DNA of 63,896 nt, filler included, from Rhabdomonas costata (GCA_019059605.1; 40 parts of 40 records of this genome joined end to end with filler, not necessarily neighbours in it); one strand, 5' to 3'. Counted from the whole stretch's first letter, positions 49,498 through 62,538 are shown. A program made the numbers and translations. Notes: generated by a model not told the origin, from the letters alone.

Positions 49498-50301
49498 AAC
49501 CACAANNNNNNNNNNNNNNNNNNNNNNNNNNNNNNNNNNNNNNNNNNNNTTAATTAATTAANNNNNNNNNNNNNNNNNNNNNNNNNNNNNNNNNNNNNNN
49601 NNNNNGGTGGGGTGTATGTGTGTGCGTCGGTGGTCCGAAGATCCCACATAGACAGACTGGGAGCCCAGTAACTGTGAAACCGCGGTTTAAGGCCCCATTG
49701 TGGCCATTGAGTTTCTCCAGAAGCTCCGCTCTGCATCATGGGAGTGATCCGTCTCTGTCTGTGCGTGCACTATGGCATTGTGTGTTTGTGCTTTTTTCGT
49801 AGATGTGTGACGTGGAAGACAGAAGAATCTGCTTGACTGGAGGTGTCCTCTGGGTCTTGGCCCCACTTTGCTAGCTCCGCAGTCACATGCGGGGAGCTGG
49901 CAGACCGTGTAGTGCTGGAAGTGCTGGGGAAATGCTACTGTTATACTATTATAGTATCATTACACTAATGATATTATACTATAATAGGATACTTGCGGAA
50001 GAAAAGGTTTACCTACATTTTTTGTTCGCCGTGTATAATGCCGATAATGGGGTATTACAGCCGTAATTTTTTTAATATCATTATACTATAAAATCACCAT
50101 ACCAAAACGATATTATAGCGTATAATACCACGGCCCCTCCAAATATCCTTTCACCGAAGTGCTGGAGGTGGGTCTGAGGAATTGGTCACCATGGTAACCG
50201 CATCATTCTGCAGGAACGATTGATGCGGAAACGACATGAGCAGAGGAAACCCAAAAAGCCTCACACGAAAAGTAAACAGGGACAGCGGTGTATCGCTGCA
50301 G

Positions 50302-50599
50302 ACTTCATCCGCGTATGGGACGAGGTTGGATCCCCCGCCTCCACTACCGCATTCCTGTCATGCGGCATCTCCCCCTGGGTAGGCGACGCAATTTCCAACC
50401 ACGTGCGGCAGCTGAACACCCTGCAGATGGTAGGGCCAGCCTCTCGCAGCAACGGCCCGGGGGCCTTGGTGGACATCGAGCCCATGGTGATCTTCGAGGG
50501 CCAGCTGGGCTCTGGAAAGAGTGTGCTGGCCGTAGACCTGCAGAACCAGTGGCCGCTGCTGCCCATCATGGTGGTCACGGCCAGCGAGCATGAGCGCAG
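50302..50599 (+). CDS. P-loop NTPase exon (possibly AAA_16/STAND type as in soluble cyclases)
   Basis: MVIFEGQLGSGKSVL Walker A preceded by a hydrophobic strand; gcag/gt boundaries. Confidence 0.7.
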
Positions 50600-53500
50600 G
50601 TCCCCGCGCCCTGCGAGTTTACAGAGATTTATCGGCTGTTCAAGCTTCAAAAACACTACCTAGGTTTTGCACACAAGCTGCCAAAAAATCTGTGCTGGTG
50701 CATACCGCCTTACAAAACAGGCGAAAAAGTCATGTGTGGGGCAAACAGCAGCCAAGGACCTCAGCTTTTCTGCGTACGCAGGTGCGTGTGCGTACGCAGG
50801 CAGATCGAGAACTCATCTACTGCATTTTTCAGCACCAGCTGACAAATGCTCAATCGCTATCGCTATCCCATGTCCAAAGCGCTGTCTCTTGCGTCGTAGC
50901 AAAATTACTGGCTCACACCTTTTGAACCTTGTTATCCTGTTTCTCGGTTCCCAATCTCCTGTCCGATAAAGTACCTCCACCAAGGAGCCGGGAAAACGAT
51001 TGAATAATTACATGTTATCAGAATAGCCTAAACTGTCCCACTCAGAAGACGGATTGCCCCCCCCCCTCGTTTCGGATATCTCTCTGCTATTGACGACGAC
51101 CTNNNNNNNNNNNNNNNNNNNNNNNNNNNNNNNNNNNNNNNNNNNNTTAATTAATTAANNNNNNNNNNNNNNNNNNNNNNNNNNNNNNNNNNNNNNNNNN
51201 NNTGTGTGTGGGTTTTAAGGGCGATGGGGCTATTACAGTCCATGGTTTAACTGGTTTAGCTCCATCTTTAGAATGCTTGACCGCTTTGAATGGGGTTTCA
51301 AATTGAAGGCCTTCTGGGTGCAGTGGTGCTTCCTAAAGAGACCTTTCTTTTGCTGGGGCGCCAGAAATCAGAAAGTTGCTGTTTTGACTGAACTTGGAGA
51401 GGTGGTCCTCTGAGCACATGGCGACAGGTACTGGTCTAGATACTGAGCCGACCAACTGCATCAACGGTTGACGCAGTGGAGCACTGGGCAGTTTTCCGTC
51501 CTGCTGCCTTCGTTGTCTTTTTAACCCACGTTTGGTCGTGGCATCTCTCCGCCGATTTGTCTCTCTCTTCGGCCGCCTGGCACCACTCCGGCAAAGGTGC
51601 AAGGCTGCCCTTCTCCGATTGGGCCACCACCGAGAATTGTCAGCTTGATTTCCATTCTGGCCTCCCATAAAGTGGGTTACCAACGAGTGCGAAATGTTCG
51701 CAATCATTCACTCGGTTCGGGGTTCGGGAGTTGCACAAAAAGAATTCTAGGTCGTTTATGCAGCTCGATTTCACTGGAGAACCATGGCCGTTCTCTGGAC
51801 TGCGCGCAAATCAGAACAGGGCATGTCTGCACAACATGGGTGCCAAAGTAGCATCGCGTTCTTCTCTCTTGCCAACCACAAGTTCGTGAGCCGCGCGTAA
51901 AGCATAGCACATTTGTTTGGAAACCCATTTATTTAAACATCTATCCCTGTAGTCATGTTTGATGCAGATACACATTTCCATAAAATTGTTAATTTGGCAG
52001 TTAATTCAAGCTTAGAATTTGACATAAAAACGCTGTCGTGCGCACAACAAAGGTTTTAATGGAAAACAAGGCAGCAAGCCAAGGGATAACCATCAAAAAG
52101 ATCATAAAAAGAGGGAACAAGCATGGTGGATTATTCAAAAATACCGCCTGGCCAATCTGTTCCCCGAACGAGCTGCACAACCTCGCAGGCGAGGAAAGAG
52201 CCGCAAGAGAGATTCCGCTCCCAGTGGCAGGAGCTAACCTCAGTGGAACAAACAGTCGCCTCGACAGCTACAAATCAACCTGTGCCTCGTCTGAAACAGG
52301 AGGTAGCGAAACCCGAAATGCCGCACCCCGTGCAACCTGTACTCACAACAACAAGTTGCTCCCCAAAAGCCGCACTAATAAGCATGGTGCACGCGGAGAA
52401 GCCGCGCTCCCTGATACTGACCGACATAAAGGGAAGGGGAGGAAGAAAACCAAAAAGAAAAAACCATGCACAGCGAATTGGGGGGGCCGAAACACCAGAG
52501 GGAAGGGAGGGAAGGGAAAAGTGACATAGCGGAGCCCGCGTGTAGAAAGAAGAAGCACCGCGGGCGGGCAGGCGGATTCTTAATTTGTTCACACACACAC
52601 AGGCGCAGGTATTTTTCCAACCAAAAAAATGTCAGCAACTCGTTCCAATTTACTTTCGTCGTTCGACCAGCCGCGCCTTGATTTTCAGCTGAGAAAGCGC
52701 ACNNNNNNNNNNNNNNNNNNNNNNNNNNNNNNNNNNNNNNNNNNNNTTAATTAATTAANNNNNNNNNNNNNNNNNNNNNNNNNNNNNNNNNNNNNNNNNN
52801 NNTTGTTTTGCGTATTTCTATTTATAACTGCGTATTTTACACCTGGAACCATAAGACAAGTTTTTGGGTATGCGAAGTAGAATAAGTGGACACAGACCAT
52901 GTACAAGTACATGTGTACTGTATTGGATTGCGTGTTTGTTTCATTCATACATTCATACATTCATTCATACATTACATACATGCATTACATTATCATTACA
53001 TTATATGCATTGTGTATGTTTGCTGTGTTGAGACTGGTATGAGGTGTAGTTGCTTAATACACACACACCACCAGGTGACATGGTACGGAAGTTCGCCAAT
53101 CCAAATGTCTCGCACCTTTTTTGTTGCAATCAGGACTTGCCCACCATAACATGGTGGGAATTGTTGCTTATGAATACTAACTACAGGTATTTATCCTCTT
53201 CCTCCAACTTATCCTCGTACTCAGATCCCCCACAGTCATTCATACCCATTCATATGATCAGATTCACAACTTTTACTTCCTGTAAATTGTTTGTTTTTGT
53301 GTTGTACTCTTCCTTGGAGGGAATGGAGAAAGAATGCTGCAGTTCGTTGGAAATAATCGCAGTGATGGAACCTGTGAATAAAGCAAACAGGTAAATGTGT
53401 GGATTGGGAGCAAAGTAATGAAATCAAACAAGAAACCCGAAAACAGAGATTGACAAGACATTTTCATCTAAAACTGATGGTAATGGAGTGGTGGCGTGGC

Positions 53501-55168
53501 CATTGCAGATCAAGGCTGTCGGGTACAATCGCGCACCACAGCTGCCTTCACACTTCTTTGGCTACCACAACCTACACTCGGCACCAAAAGTACAAGTACA
53601 CCAAGCGGCCGGAGCCTTGGTGCCGCGAGCGGTACGCCAGTAACAGCTTCTGCAAGAAGACCGATGAGGACGGACCACACCATCCTGTGGTATCATGTGG
53701 TATCAACGTAAGCGAAGCGCACTACGGCTATTTGACAGCGAAAAATGGACTGCTTGTCATACTTTTGCTCTCTGCGAGCGGACAATACCACGCCGTTTTT
53801 ACTAAAGTCCGCCTAAATCTGCAGTGGATGCGCCACTGATGCGTCAACGAACTGGTTCAGACCGCGGTAGAACACGATGCTGATGAATTCTACTGGCCTC
53901 TGCCTAAACTGATCAAAGCCTTGCTACATAAGGTAAGTGAACCTCGCCGCTTCGTCAATGTGCGCCAGTGCGTCAACCGTGGCCATGTGTTGCGCGTACC
54001 AACCAGTCAACATAGGTGTATCATGGGCGCCGCATGATGGGAATATGGAAGATTCCATGGAGGTATGGAAATCCGCCGTGGAGAAGAGGAGACCAATACG
54101 TGCATCTTGGCCTTACAGAGCCTGCGGAGATCGGGGTGTATCCGAGGAGTCCACTAGCTGAGATTGAACGTTTAGTGCAGCGTTCCAAAACCCAAAGAAA
54201 AAATTTTGAGACAACGCAGACATTAGTACGTGCTACGGCGCGGCCACGAGAATCATTGGACTACACAACACAACCGTAAATGCACGGTGTGACCCCCCCC
54301 ACNNNNNNNNNNNNNNNNNNNNNNNNNNNNNNNNNNNNNNNNNNNNTTAATTAATTAANNNNNNNNNNNNNNNNNNNNNNNNNNNNNNNNNNNNNNNNNN
54401 NNCTACCACAGAGTGAAGCGGGGCATCCATGGGGGCAGCAATCTCAGGTCACAAAGCAACGTGGATGGGGAGGGGGTGGTGGTGCAAAAAGCAATGTTCA
54501 GGAAAAGCGCAGAGGGAGAAGACACTGAGTAGAGGAATGCGTGCAAATTTGCATCGCTGTGCCCGATATGTTACATTACGTGACGTTGCCTCCCCTCCCC
54601 TCTTTGTCTCCTTTCCTTATCCTTGCCTCGTTATCTACATAGCAAGCAAGGTATCCGACGGTGTGCAAGGTTCTAATATAGTTGTTTCCGGAGTATCAGG
54701 AGTCAAGTCAACATTTTTCGCCTCAAGCACGGAGGAACGGAACTATACCCAAACCCTCCCAACCCATATAGTGACAAAGAAAACCTACGAACCCAGTGAA
54801 GGACTGTTCACGGACAGAAAGGACAAAATGAGAATAAAGACGGGCCACCCTCCAGCGGAACCCCGGAGCTGAGATTCCGCGAGCAACCTCTGTCCGCGGA
54901 AGGACTGTCAGCCACCACCAAAAAACCAAGTTTGCAAATCGAGCAAGGGGCGGACCGCAAGCTCGAATGCATGGTATGTCCTGCAGCTTGCAGCTGAACA
55001 CGTCTCGAGGTATCCTAAAGCCTTGCTCCAAACACCCCAAGCTCCATTAGTTTTCCACAAAAGCAGAAAAAAGCACATTCACAAAAAAGGCCAGTAGCCA
55101 ATTGAAATGATACAAATAACCACAAAACCAACACAAAACAGCTGTCCCAGAGCTCACTAATGAACGAA

Positions 55169-55414
55169 TCAATCTGATTCCTCTGAAGTGGAGGAGGTGG
55201 AGGTTTTGGGGCCCGAGCAGCATGGGTTGCCTTTGCAGCAGCTTGAGCACAGCCGGCAGTTGGCGCACTCCTCGGATCCTGTCTCCATCGAGGGACCATC
55301 CACAAGGCACCTGGGGCACCGTATGCCATACCCGAGGTACGTGCGCATGTGATGACGACTGGTCTCGGCTTCTGATTCCTCAAATGATTCCTCTGAGGTG
55401 GAGGAGGTGGGGCC
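55169..55414 (-). CDS. Putative terminal exon encoding a Cys-rich motif flanked by TSSTSEES repeats
   Basis: GPTSSTSEESFEESEAETSRHHMRTYLGYGIRCPRCLVDGPSMETGSEECANCRLCSSCCKGNPCCSGPKTSTSSTSEESD*; frame not listed in the ORF track. Confidence 0.55.
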   Translation of the reverse strand, partial: GPTSSTSEESFEESEAETSRHHMRTYLGYGIRCPRCLVDGPSMETGSEECANCRLCSSCCKGNPCCSGPKTSTSSTSEESD

Positions 55415-56002
55415 CTTGGTTCAGCCACCGTGGGGGAAGAGAGACCCCCTGGCACATCGCTTCACTTTGCCCACGGAGCATTTCCAAAACGGAAATAGGA
55501 GAAAACTCAGCAGGACGATACTGAGAAACGGAAAGAGAACGATAGATAGAGAGGAAAAGGAGGCATGGGGGGGGGTTATCCTGGGGTTAATATCTGCTGA
55601 AAGACAACCAAGGGCCACGAAGTCTGGAGCTTATCAAAGCACTTTGGGTGAAATTGTTCGGTGCGCCTAAACTTGCACCGCACAGGCCGGGAAGACAGAG
55701 GAACACCTGAGAGTTACTGAGTGTAATCATTTTTTCGGTTTGTTGTTTCCCTGAGGACGTTTCTTTTTGCGGTTTGAGGCCTTTGCTCGAGGGAAAGTGA
55801 AAGGCTGGAACCGCAACGACCGCAATAGAAAGAAAGTGAAAAAAGTAGGTATGGGGTGGGGGGGTATACTCGGTCAATATCTGCTGAAAGACAACCAACA
55901 CCNNNNNNNNNNNNNNNNNNNNNNNNNNNNNNNNNNNNNNNNNNNNTTAATTAATTAANNNNNNNNNNNNNNNNNNNNNNNNNNNNNNNNNNNNNNNNNN
56001 NN

Positions 56003-56121
56003 AGTTTAGTAGTAGATTTATAGTAGGTTTAGTAAGTTTAGTAGTAGGTTTATAGTAGTTTTTCATAGTAGTTTTATAGTAGTTTTTATAGTAGATTTTT
56101 TATAGTAGTTTAGTAGTATAG
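56003..56121. repeat. Degenerate (T)n(A)TAGTAG minisatellite
   Basis: Repeated tttagtagtag/tttatagtag units. Confidence 0.85.
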
Positions 56122-56515
56122 TGAATCGTGAGCACCATCCCCTTTTTGCGAAGCCTACGGCATAGCAAAAACGGGATGTTCCTCACAGTTCACAAAGCAA
56201 TTTCACACCCACCGCGCCCCGCTGGGAGGGGTATTTTTAGGGTGATTATAAGAAACAGATTAAACGGTCTGCAACCTCCGAAAACGGCACGCCGAAGCCA
56301 AAAATACGTCAATTTAACCCGTCACCGCGCCCCGCTGGGATGGTGTTTTTTGGGTTTGAAACTCGCACTGAGGAAATTATTCACAGAACTTTTTGCACGT
56401 CATAGCGGGAATACTTTCACCCTCCAAACAAGAATTGTCCACAAAAGCCCACAGCTACAGCCACAGTCACAGCCACAGCAGCGTGAAGGTCCCGGCAAAG
56501 CAATGAAGGAGGCGC

Positions 56516-57407
56516 TCACAGAAAAAACTCTGGGAAGGAGTCAAAAGCACTGCGCCACACAGAGCGTTGCACCGTCAGCCAGGTGCTCTTTTTGAAACAC
56601 TTCTCAACCTTCCCATCGGGGAGAAACAAACCAAAGAAAGGCCTTGCAGCTCTTCTCCCTTTTGCCTGGAATACATCTGCCCCTTCCCCAAGAATGAAAT
56701 TAAGCGTTGGCTCGCGCACACCAACAAAATCACAGCAGCCAGACACAAAGCGGCTCTTAAATTCGCTCACTCGGCTCTCGCTCAGGTACTTTGCAGCCCC
56801 TCGGTCTTTAGCTTCAGCGATGATGGTGTCGAAGATGTGCCCGAGGTCAGGGCTGTCCAGCTTGGGCTGCTTTCTTTTTCCCTAAAGCGAAATGCAGGGT
56901 ATACAAGCGCAATGTTCGATATAAAAACCAATCTATTTTCAAGAAAATAAAGTAATACTTTTTTAGCCGACGCCGTTTCGTCGAGCTCCAGCTTAAGCTC
57001 CTCGTTCTCCTCCTTCTTCTCCTCTAGCTCGGCACTTTTCTTGTCCAGCTGCTTACAAATCCGCCCATGGCACCATAAAAGAAAATGTAAAATAAACAAA
57101 TTGTTCATTTTTATTTTGATGAATTGAGAATGAATAAAATAGATATACCCGAAGAAATCCTTGAATTGTCTTCACAGTGGTAACCGCCATGGTGGGGTGG
57201 AAGTCGAGCATCCCGCGGGGGTCTTTGGCCTTCCCCTCATCTTCGTAGGCTTCTTCGGTCTCATCCTCTCCTTCTGCCTAAGAAAAAATACGAAACAATA
57301 CGAAACAATACGAAATAAAAAATAGATTATGAGGTCACGACGTTTAACAAAAAAATGGTGAGCACCTCGGCAACGTCAATCTCCATGTCTTCGTGGGCAG
57401 GGTTCAT
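56516..57407 (-). CDS. Complete 4-exon orphan gene, 209 aa; exons 57407-57366, 57277-57149, 57051-56959, 56881-56516
   Basis: aaaaATG start, three phase-0 GT-AG introns (88, 97, 77 nt), open frame to TGA; acidic N-terminus, coiled coil, KKGKRK basic patch, globular C-terminus. Confidence 0.8.
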
Positions 57408-57602
57408 TTTTGGTGGAGAAACAGGATAAACCTGAATGAAAGAAAGTAAAAAAAACCAAAATTTTTATCCAAAAAATTATCCGAAGTTACAAAACACANN
57501 NNNNNNNNNNNNNNNNNNNNNNNNNNNNNNNNNNNNNNNNNNTTAATTAATTAANNNNNNNNNNNNNNNNNNNNNNNNNNNNNNNNNNNNNNNNNNNNTT
57601 GT

Positions 57603-58509
57603 TTGGGGCAAGACCTGCCGCGGTCGCAGCTGAACACTCAGCATCCTTATGCTCAGCAGCCTTGGATGCACCAGCTGCCGACTCCTGTCGATCCAATGCG
57701 TCGCCTCGGGCAGCAGCCGGGGTCTCCGCTTTCCAGCGGACTGGCAGAGGAAGGGCGGCGACCCAATGGCACCACGTCTCCACGTCCTCAGCGCTCCCAT
57801 GGAGGGATGGCCGCCCGGCCTCTCAAGTCTAGTGCCCGCGCTGGCGTGAAGGCCTCCGAGCGAGAAGGCAGCCCACCCTCCAACGGGAGCGTGGAGGCTG
57901 CTCAGCCTCCATCACGGCAGCGGGCTGAAATTGTCGAGCCAGAAGGTGCCTGGGCCCCATTCCTTACCTAGCATTCTTGAACTTGTGTCCAGGGCCATTG
58001 GTTAAGCGCAATGTACACCAAAGTCTCATTCAGGCCGTCTCTTTTAAGTTCCCCCACATCTCGCCACTTCTCGCCACCGTCTGCCGCCCAGGTCTTCACA
58101 TGTAACATGCTAGCACCCCGCCAACCTTTCTGTATCCACCTGGCCCACTTCTTTGCTGCTCAAAATCATGAGTGTCTCACGCACTCCTTCACACAGGTAT
58201 TTTTCTTCGTTGTGTGTTCAATGCCTTTATCTACTAACACTGCAAACCTCCTGTTGTAGTGCTGGGCGTGGCGTTCAGTGGTCTGATTAGGTTATTTTCA
58301 CGTCTCGTATGCATACGCATCCTTACAGCCAGGGATCTTCTGCGGAACTCGGCCTTGTCGGAGTTTGTGCTGGGAGCGGAAGACCCCCGGGCCAGCTGGC
58401 CTTTTGCGGACGCCGTGCCTGCAGTGTCCTCCCCCGTACCCCCGTCGGCATACGCCGGGAACACCCCTCTGCATGACGCTGCGGTGGCCGGAAACGTCGC
58501 GCAGTGCCG
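57603..58509 (+). CDS. Ankyrin-repeat protein fragment; exons ~57603-57945, 58329-58509
   Basis: Low-complexity exon spliced (phase 1) to ...GNTPLHDAAVAGNVAQC ankyrin motif. Confidence 0.75.
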
Positions 58510-58975
58510 GTCCCTGCCCTCCCTTTTCTTTCTCTTTTGATTGCTTTGTATTCTCACTCGCGCGAGGAGGGGGACCAAGGTTCAAAAAGGAAGTCAGCGA
58601 AACGCCACATCATCCACGCAATGTTAAATTGCAAAATGTTGAAAATTTAAGTCGGTTCTTTTCTGTCCATATCCCACCTGTTCTCCTTTCTCATTCTTCT
58701 GTGTATATACCGCTCTACTTCATGTGTTAGCGGCGGAGATTTTTAAGCAAAGCAAAGAGCGATGCACTTTCAAATGCTGAAAAGACGTCATCATGTGCTT
58801 AAACGCATTCTATAATGAGTCGAGTGACCCGACACGAGCGGACGCTGCGAGCGTTTCGTTCTCATCAGCGGTTCCGACTGTTTTGTCGCACCAGAGGAGA
58901 GGGGACAAAGTATCGACATGCCAGAATAAACGAACAGCTCGCAAAATCGTTCCATTGAGAGCAACTGGTGAGGTA

Positions 58976-59094
58976 GGGCAAAAAAAAATCCGTCCCTCGT
59001 ATATTTCTCTATAATTCCGTCGTCTCCCAGCCCCATGTAGCACGACAGGACGGTAATATAGAGAAATATACGAGGGACGGATTTTTTTTTGCCC
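58976..59094. repeat. Terminal inverted repeat (~38 bp), probable fold-back artefact
   Basis: gggcaaaa...tctctata versus tatagaga...tttgccc then caaca. Confidence 0.8.
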
Positions 59095-59398
59095 AACANN
59101 NNNNNNNNNNNNNNNNNNNNNNNNNNNNNNNNNNNNNNNNNNTTAATTAATTAANNNNNNNNNNNNNNNNNNNNNNNNNNNNNNNNNNNNNNNNNNNNTG
59201 TGGGTCAACGCCGTGACCAACGCCACCTGCTTGCCGTCGTTTTTTGTGTCTAAGGGGGTTGCAGTGACAATTAGGATGTACCGTGGGTTGTTGAGAACTA
59301 CAACTACTTCCTTTGGTGCACCCGAACACTCGAGCACCTGTTCGTGTCCTTTTCTCGGACCGAACACATGGCCATCTAAATTGCTTTTCACAGGGCAG

Positions 59399-60290
59399 GT
59401 TTTTCTGGAAGAGCTTCGCAAGCTGCTTTTCTTTGCCCTGGAGGGTACTCCAGAGGTTGCTCACGCTGGCGTGGGCCATTCCAGCGGAGACTATCAAGGA
59501 CTGGCTCGCGACCCAGTGACCCGTTCTCTGACTTGGCTGATGACTGGAAACGCCACAGCGTACCATGGTGCCCGTTTTCCGGCGGTGTCTTGGGGTCCGG
59601 ACTGGATGTGCAACTACACACGCACCCAGGCAGCCCCTCTTCTGAATGTCACCACCAGGGTGAGTGTTTCCCCCTGGGTATGGGTCCTTTTGGCTGTCCT
59701 GGAATAACAAGAAAGCGAGTAACTCAACCTGACAGAATTTGGCTTCCAGTTTCTGGTTATTCTAATAAACTTGCCTTTTGGCTTTACTCGCAACCCTGAC
59801 TGGCTGAGCCTCATAAATGGTGCCTGCCTTGCTCTCCATACCAGCAGGTGACCACTTACCCCTTTGCCGGGAGGCAGGTGAGCCGGGCAACGTCTCCCTC
59901 GCCCCGATTTTGCGAGCTGTTGAATACTAAATACTCGTGCCCCCTGAGTTAGGCTTGTGGAAAGTGCCTCTGAGGACGTTCCCTTTTTATTCAGGCAGGC
60001 GTCACCGTAAAATGGGAGCAGCATTCCCATTCTTTTACTTCACCACAAGGCAACAACGACCGCAAAAATGATGCTCTCTTCATCGCCTATGGTCACAGGC
60101 GTGGTACACCGTTGGGGCTTCAGCACCGCCCGAGGTGGACGTTGTATTTGGCCCGATCATCATCCCACTTTCGGATCCGGCCATGTCGGTCACCGTGGTG
60201 GCACCAGTGCGTTACGCCGCCACCCCCACCATGTCTGCAGTCGCCGTCGTGGACTTCCCTTTGGACGTCTTTGACACATTTTTGAAACAG
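59399..60290 (+). CDS. Cache-like extracellular sensor domain; exons ~59399-59659, 60099-60290
   Basis: NVTTR|AWY...SVTVVAPV...AVAVVDFPLDVFDTFLKQ resembles dCache R.WY...IT...PV...GV..VD..L..L..FL. Confidence 0.7.
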
Positions 60291-62161
60291 GTTTGCTTTT
60301 TACACTTCGACCTTTTTTTCTTTTGCATTTACAGCTTAGCAGTCACTTTATGTGAAAAGGCGGCAGCAGGGTTGACCCAATGAAGTGGGTAAAGTTCCTT
60401 CAATGAATGAAATTGCTAAAAGGCGTGAAAGTCAGAAAATCCGGATAAAGTGGTACGCAATAAGACAACAATCCACGACCGATGCCACTTGGGGTTGCTG
60501 GCATGCGAAGCACAATCATAGGAGTGGCGAGTAGCTTTGTTGGGTTGGGACTATTATACAGGGCACCAGCATGCCGTGCCGGCACAGCACTCATGTACTG
60601 ACGGTTGGTTTGAAAGGTTGCACATATGGAAGACAAAAGTGCGCTTTATTCACTGCTCTGCGTCAATCCTGCCATTGGTTATGATCTCGGCGACTTTNNN
60701 NNNNNNNNNNNNNNNNNNNNNNNNNNNNNNNNNNNNNNNNNTTAATTAATTAANNNNNNNNNNNNNNNNNNNNNNNNNNNNNNNNNNNNNNNNNNNNGTG
60801 GTTGGGGGAATCGTGGATGTTAGAGTACTTGCTGTACATCCGAGGCCAGGTGCTGAATGCTTCATTTAGATGCTTGATGTTACAACATATGCTTGCTGTG
60901 CAAGTTCTTCGCTTGTTCTCTGACTACAGAGATTACATTCGTGAAGAATGGGCGTGGCTATACTTTGGTTTTGTCTCTCCTATTTGTTCTGATTGTCCCT
61001 CATCTTTGCGCTGGAAAGATTGACTTATACGCACGAGCTGGTCCGTATTATGAAAACTGTAATATGGCTGCTATAAGTCCAGCGGGCTTGGGGTTTTTTG
61101 TATACACAGCTGGCTCGAAACGCTTTCGAAACGCTGTGTGACCGATACTTGGGGTCAGAGTTTCCCGATCTTTCCCCCTCGGCCAGTTGTGGTGCCCCTT
61201 CGCCACATTTCGTATTACTTTTGTGCCGTTTCACAGTGCGTTTGAGGGGCACTCACCGCTTCCACACCCGCGCACCAATGTTGGGGTCCTCCCAGCGCTT
61301 TCAATAATTGGGGGGGGGGTCAAGCCAATCACTTTCATTCATCAGGACGCATTCCATTCAACTGATGCGGAAGACGCCTTCTCAAAAGAGACCATTCCCA
61401 GACGCCAGCGCACACAGGCTTCGAGTTCACCAGTTCTCCAGTGGTACACCGCTGCATTCTCGCGACCACGCTTCCCCTTCCCGCGTCAGCGAGGAACAGG
61501 GCAAGTGCAAGTGGGATGGAGGAAACGGAATGGAGTGCAAAGTGATTCGGAGGTAACGGGATGGACTGGGACACAGGGATGGAGTTCATCAACCACGCAC
61601 TCAAACACCCACAGAACCAATCTTCTCATCGCAAGTTGCTCCTCCAAACACCCACACGTGACGTGAGCACAAATGCAGCGAAAGATACGGAGAGGGGGGT
61701 AAAGGCGTGAAATAGGTAAAGGGGGAAAGGGGGAGGGATACGGGTAAAGCACCACATGCATTGGGGAAAGGATTGGTGCATCACGACACAACCACATCGC
61801 AACACAGGGTCAGACTTCGGACAGACATCCTATAAAGCCAAACGCAATCAGCATTATTGGAGTCTGCGCTTTCTCTCAAAGTCCTGAGGACACAGTCGAA
61901 TCTACCACTCAACCCGCCACCCCCAGACACAAATCCATACAGACGCACGCATTGACAAAAATGGGGAAAAATCCTCCAAGGCATCATGGCAGCACGTCCC
62001 ACCAAGATGGAGAATTATCCCAACTCCAACAGTCCCAACTCCAAGGAATTCTCACTAACTTGTACTTTCGGGAAAGGAATACTCCTTATTCTTCTCCTTG
62101 TCCGTTGGCTTTCCGCTCTCCGACCGAAATTTCGCTCATTCCGTGGCTCGGTGCCTCTCTT

Positions 62162-62195
<34 letters not shown>

Positions 62196-62203
62196 CACAC
62201 ACA
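62162..62203. repeat. (CA)n microsatellite (others: (GA)n ~33347-33379, (TG)n ~38523-38570)
   Basis: Seen directly. Confidence 0.95.
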
Positions 62204-62397
62204 CCATAGCGATCATAGCGAAAAGCTCAAGTCTGCGCTATCTCTGGGCTTCCTGAACCCAAAGTTGAACAGATCAATCCAGAAACACACCACCAACNNN
62301 NNNNNNNNNNNNNNNNNNNNNNNNNNNNNNNNNNNNNNNNNTTAATTAATTAANNNNNNNNNNNNNNNNNNNNNNNNNNNNNNNNNNNNNNNNNNNN

Positions 62398-62538
62398 GGG
62401 ATGGTACTGGATGCATACACAGGGTTGCACTTGTGTCAGAGAGAGGCTCGCCCAGAAGGGAGGAAAAGGTAGCAGGAGCGCAGAAGCGGTTCCAAAAGCG
62501 CAAATGGGATGGTACTGGATGCATACACAGGGTTGCAC
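62398..62538. repeat. 33-bp direct repeat (62398-62430 / 62506-62538)
   Basis: gggatggtactggatgcatacacagggttgcac twice. Confidence 0.9.

Noticed and set aside
56003..56121. Telomere repeat
   Set aside because: Irregular units, not TTAGGG-type
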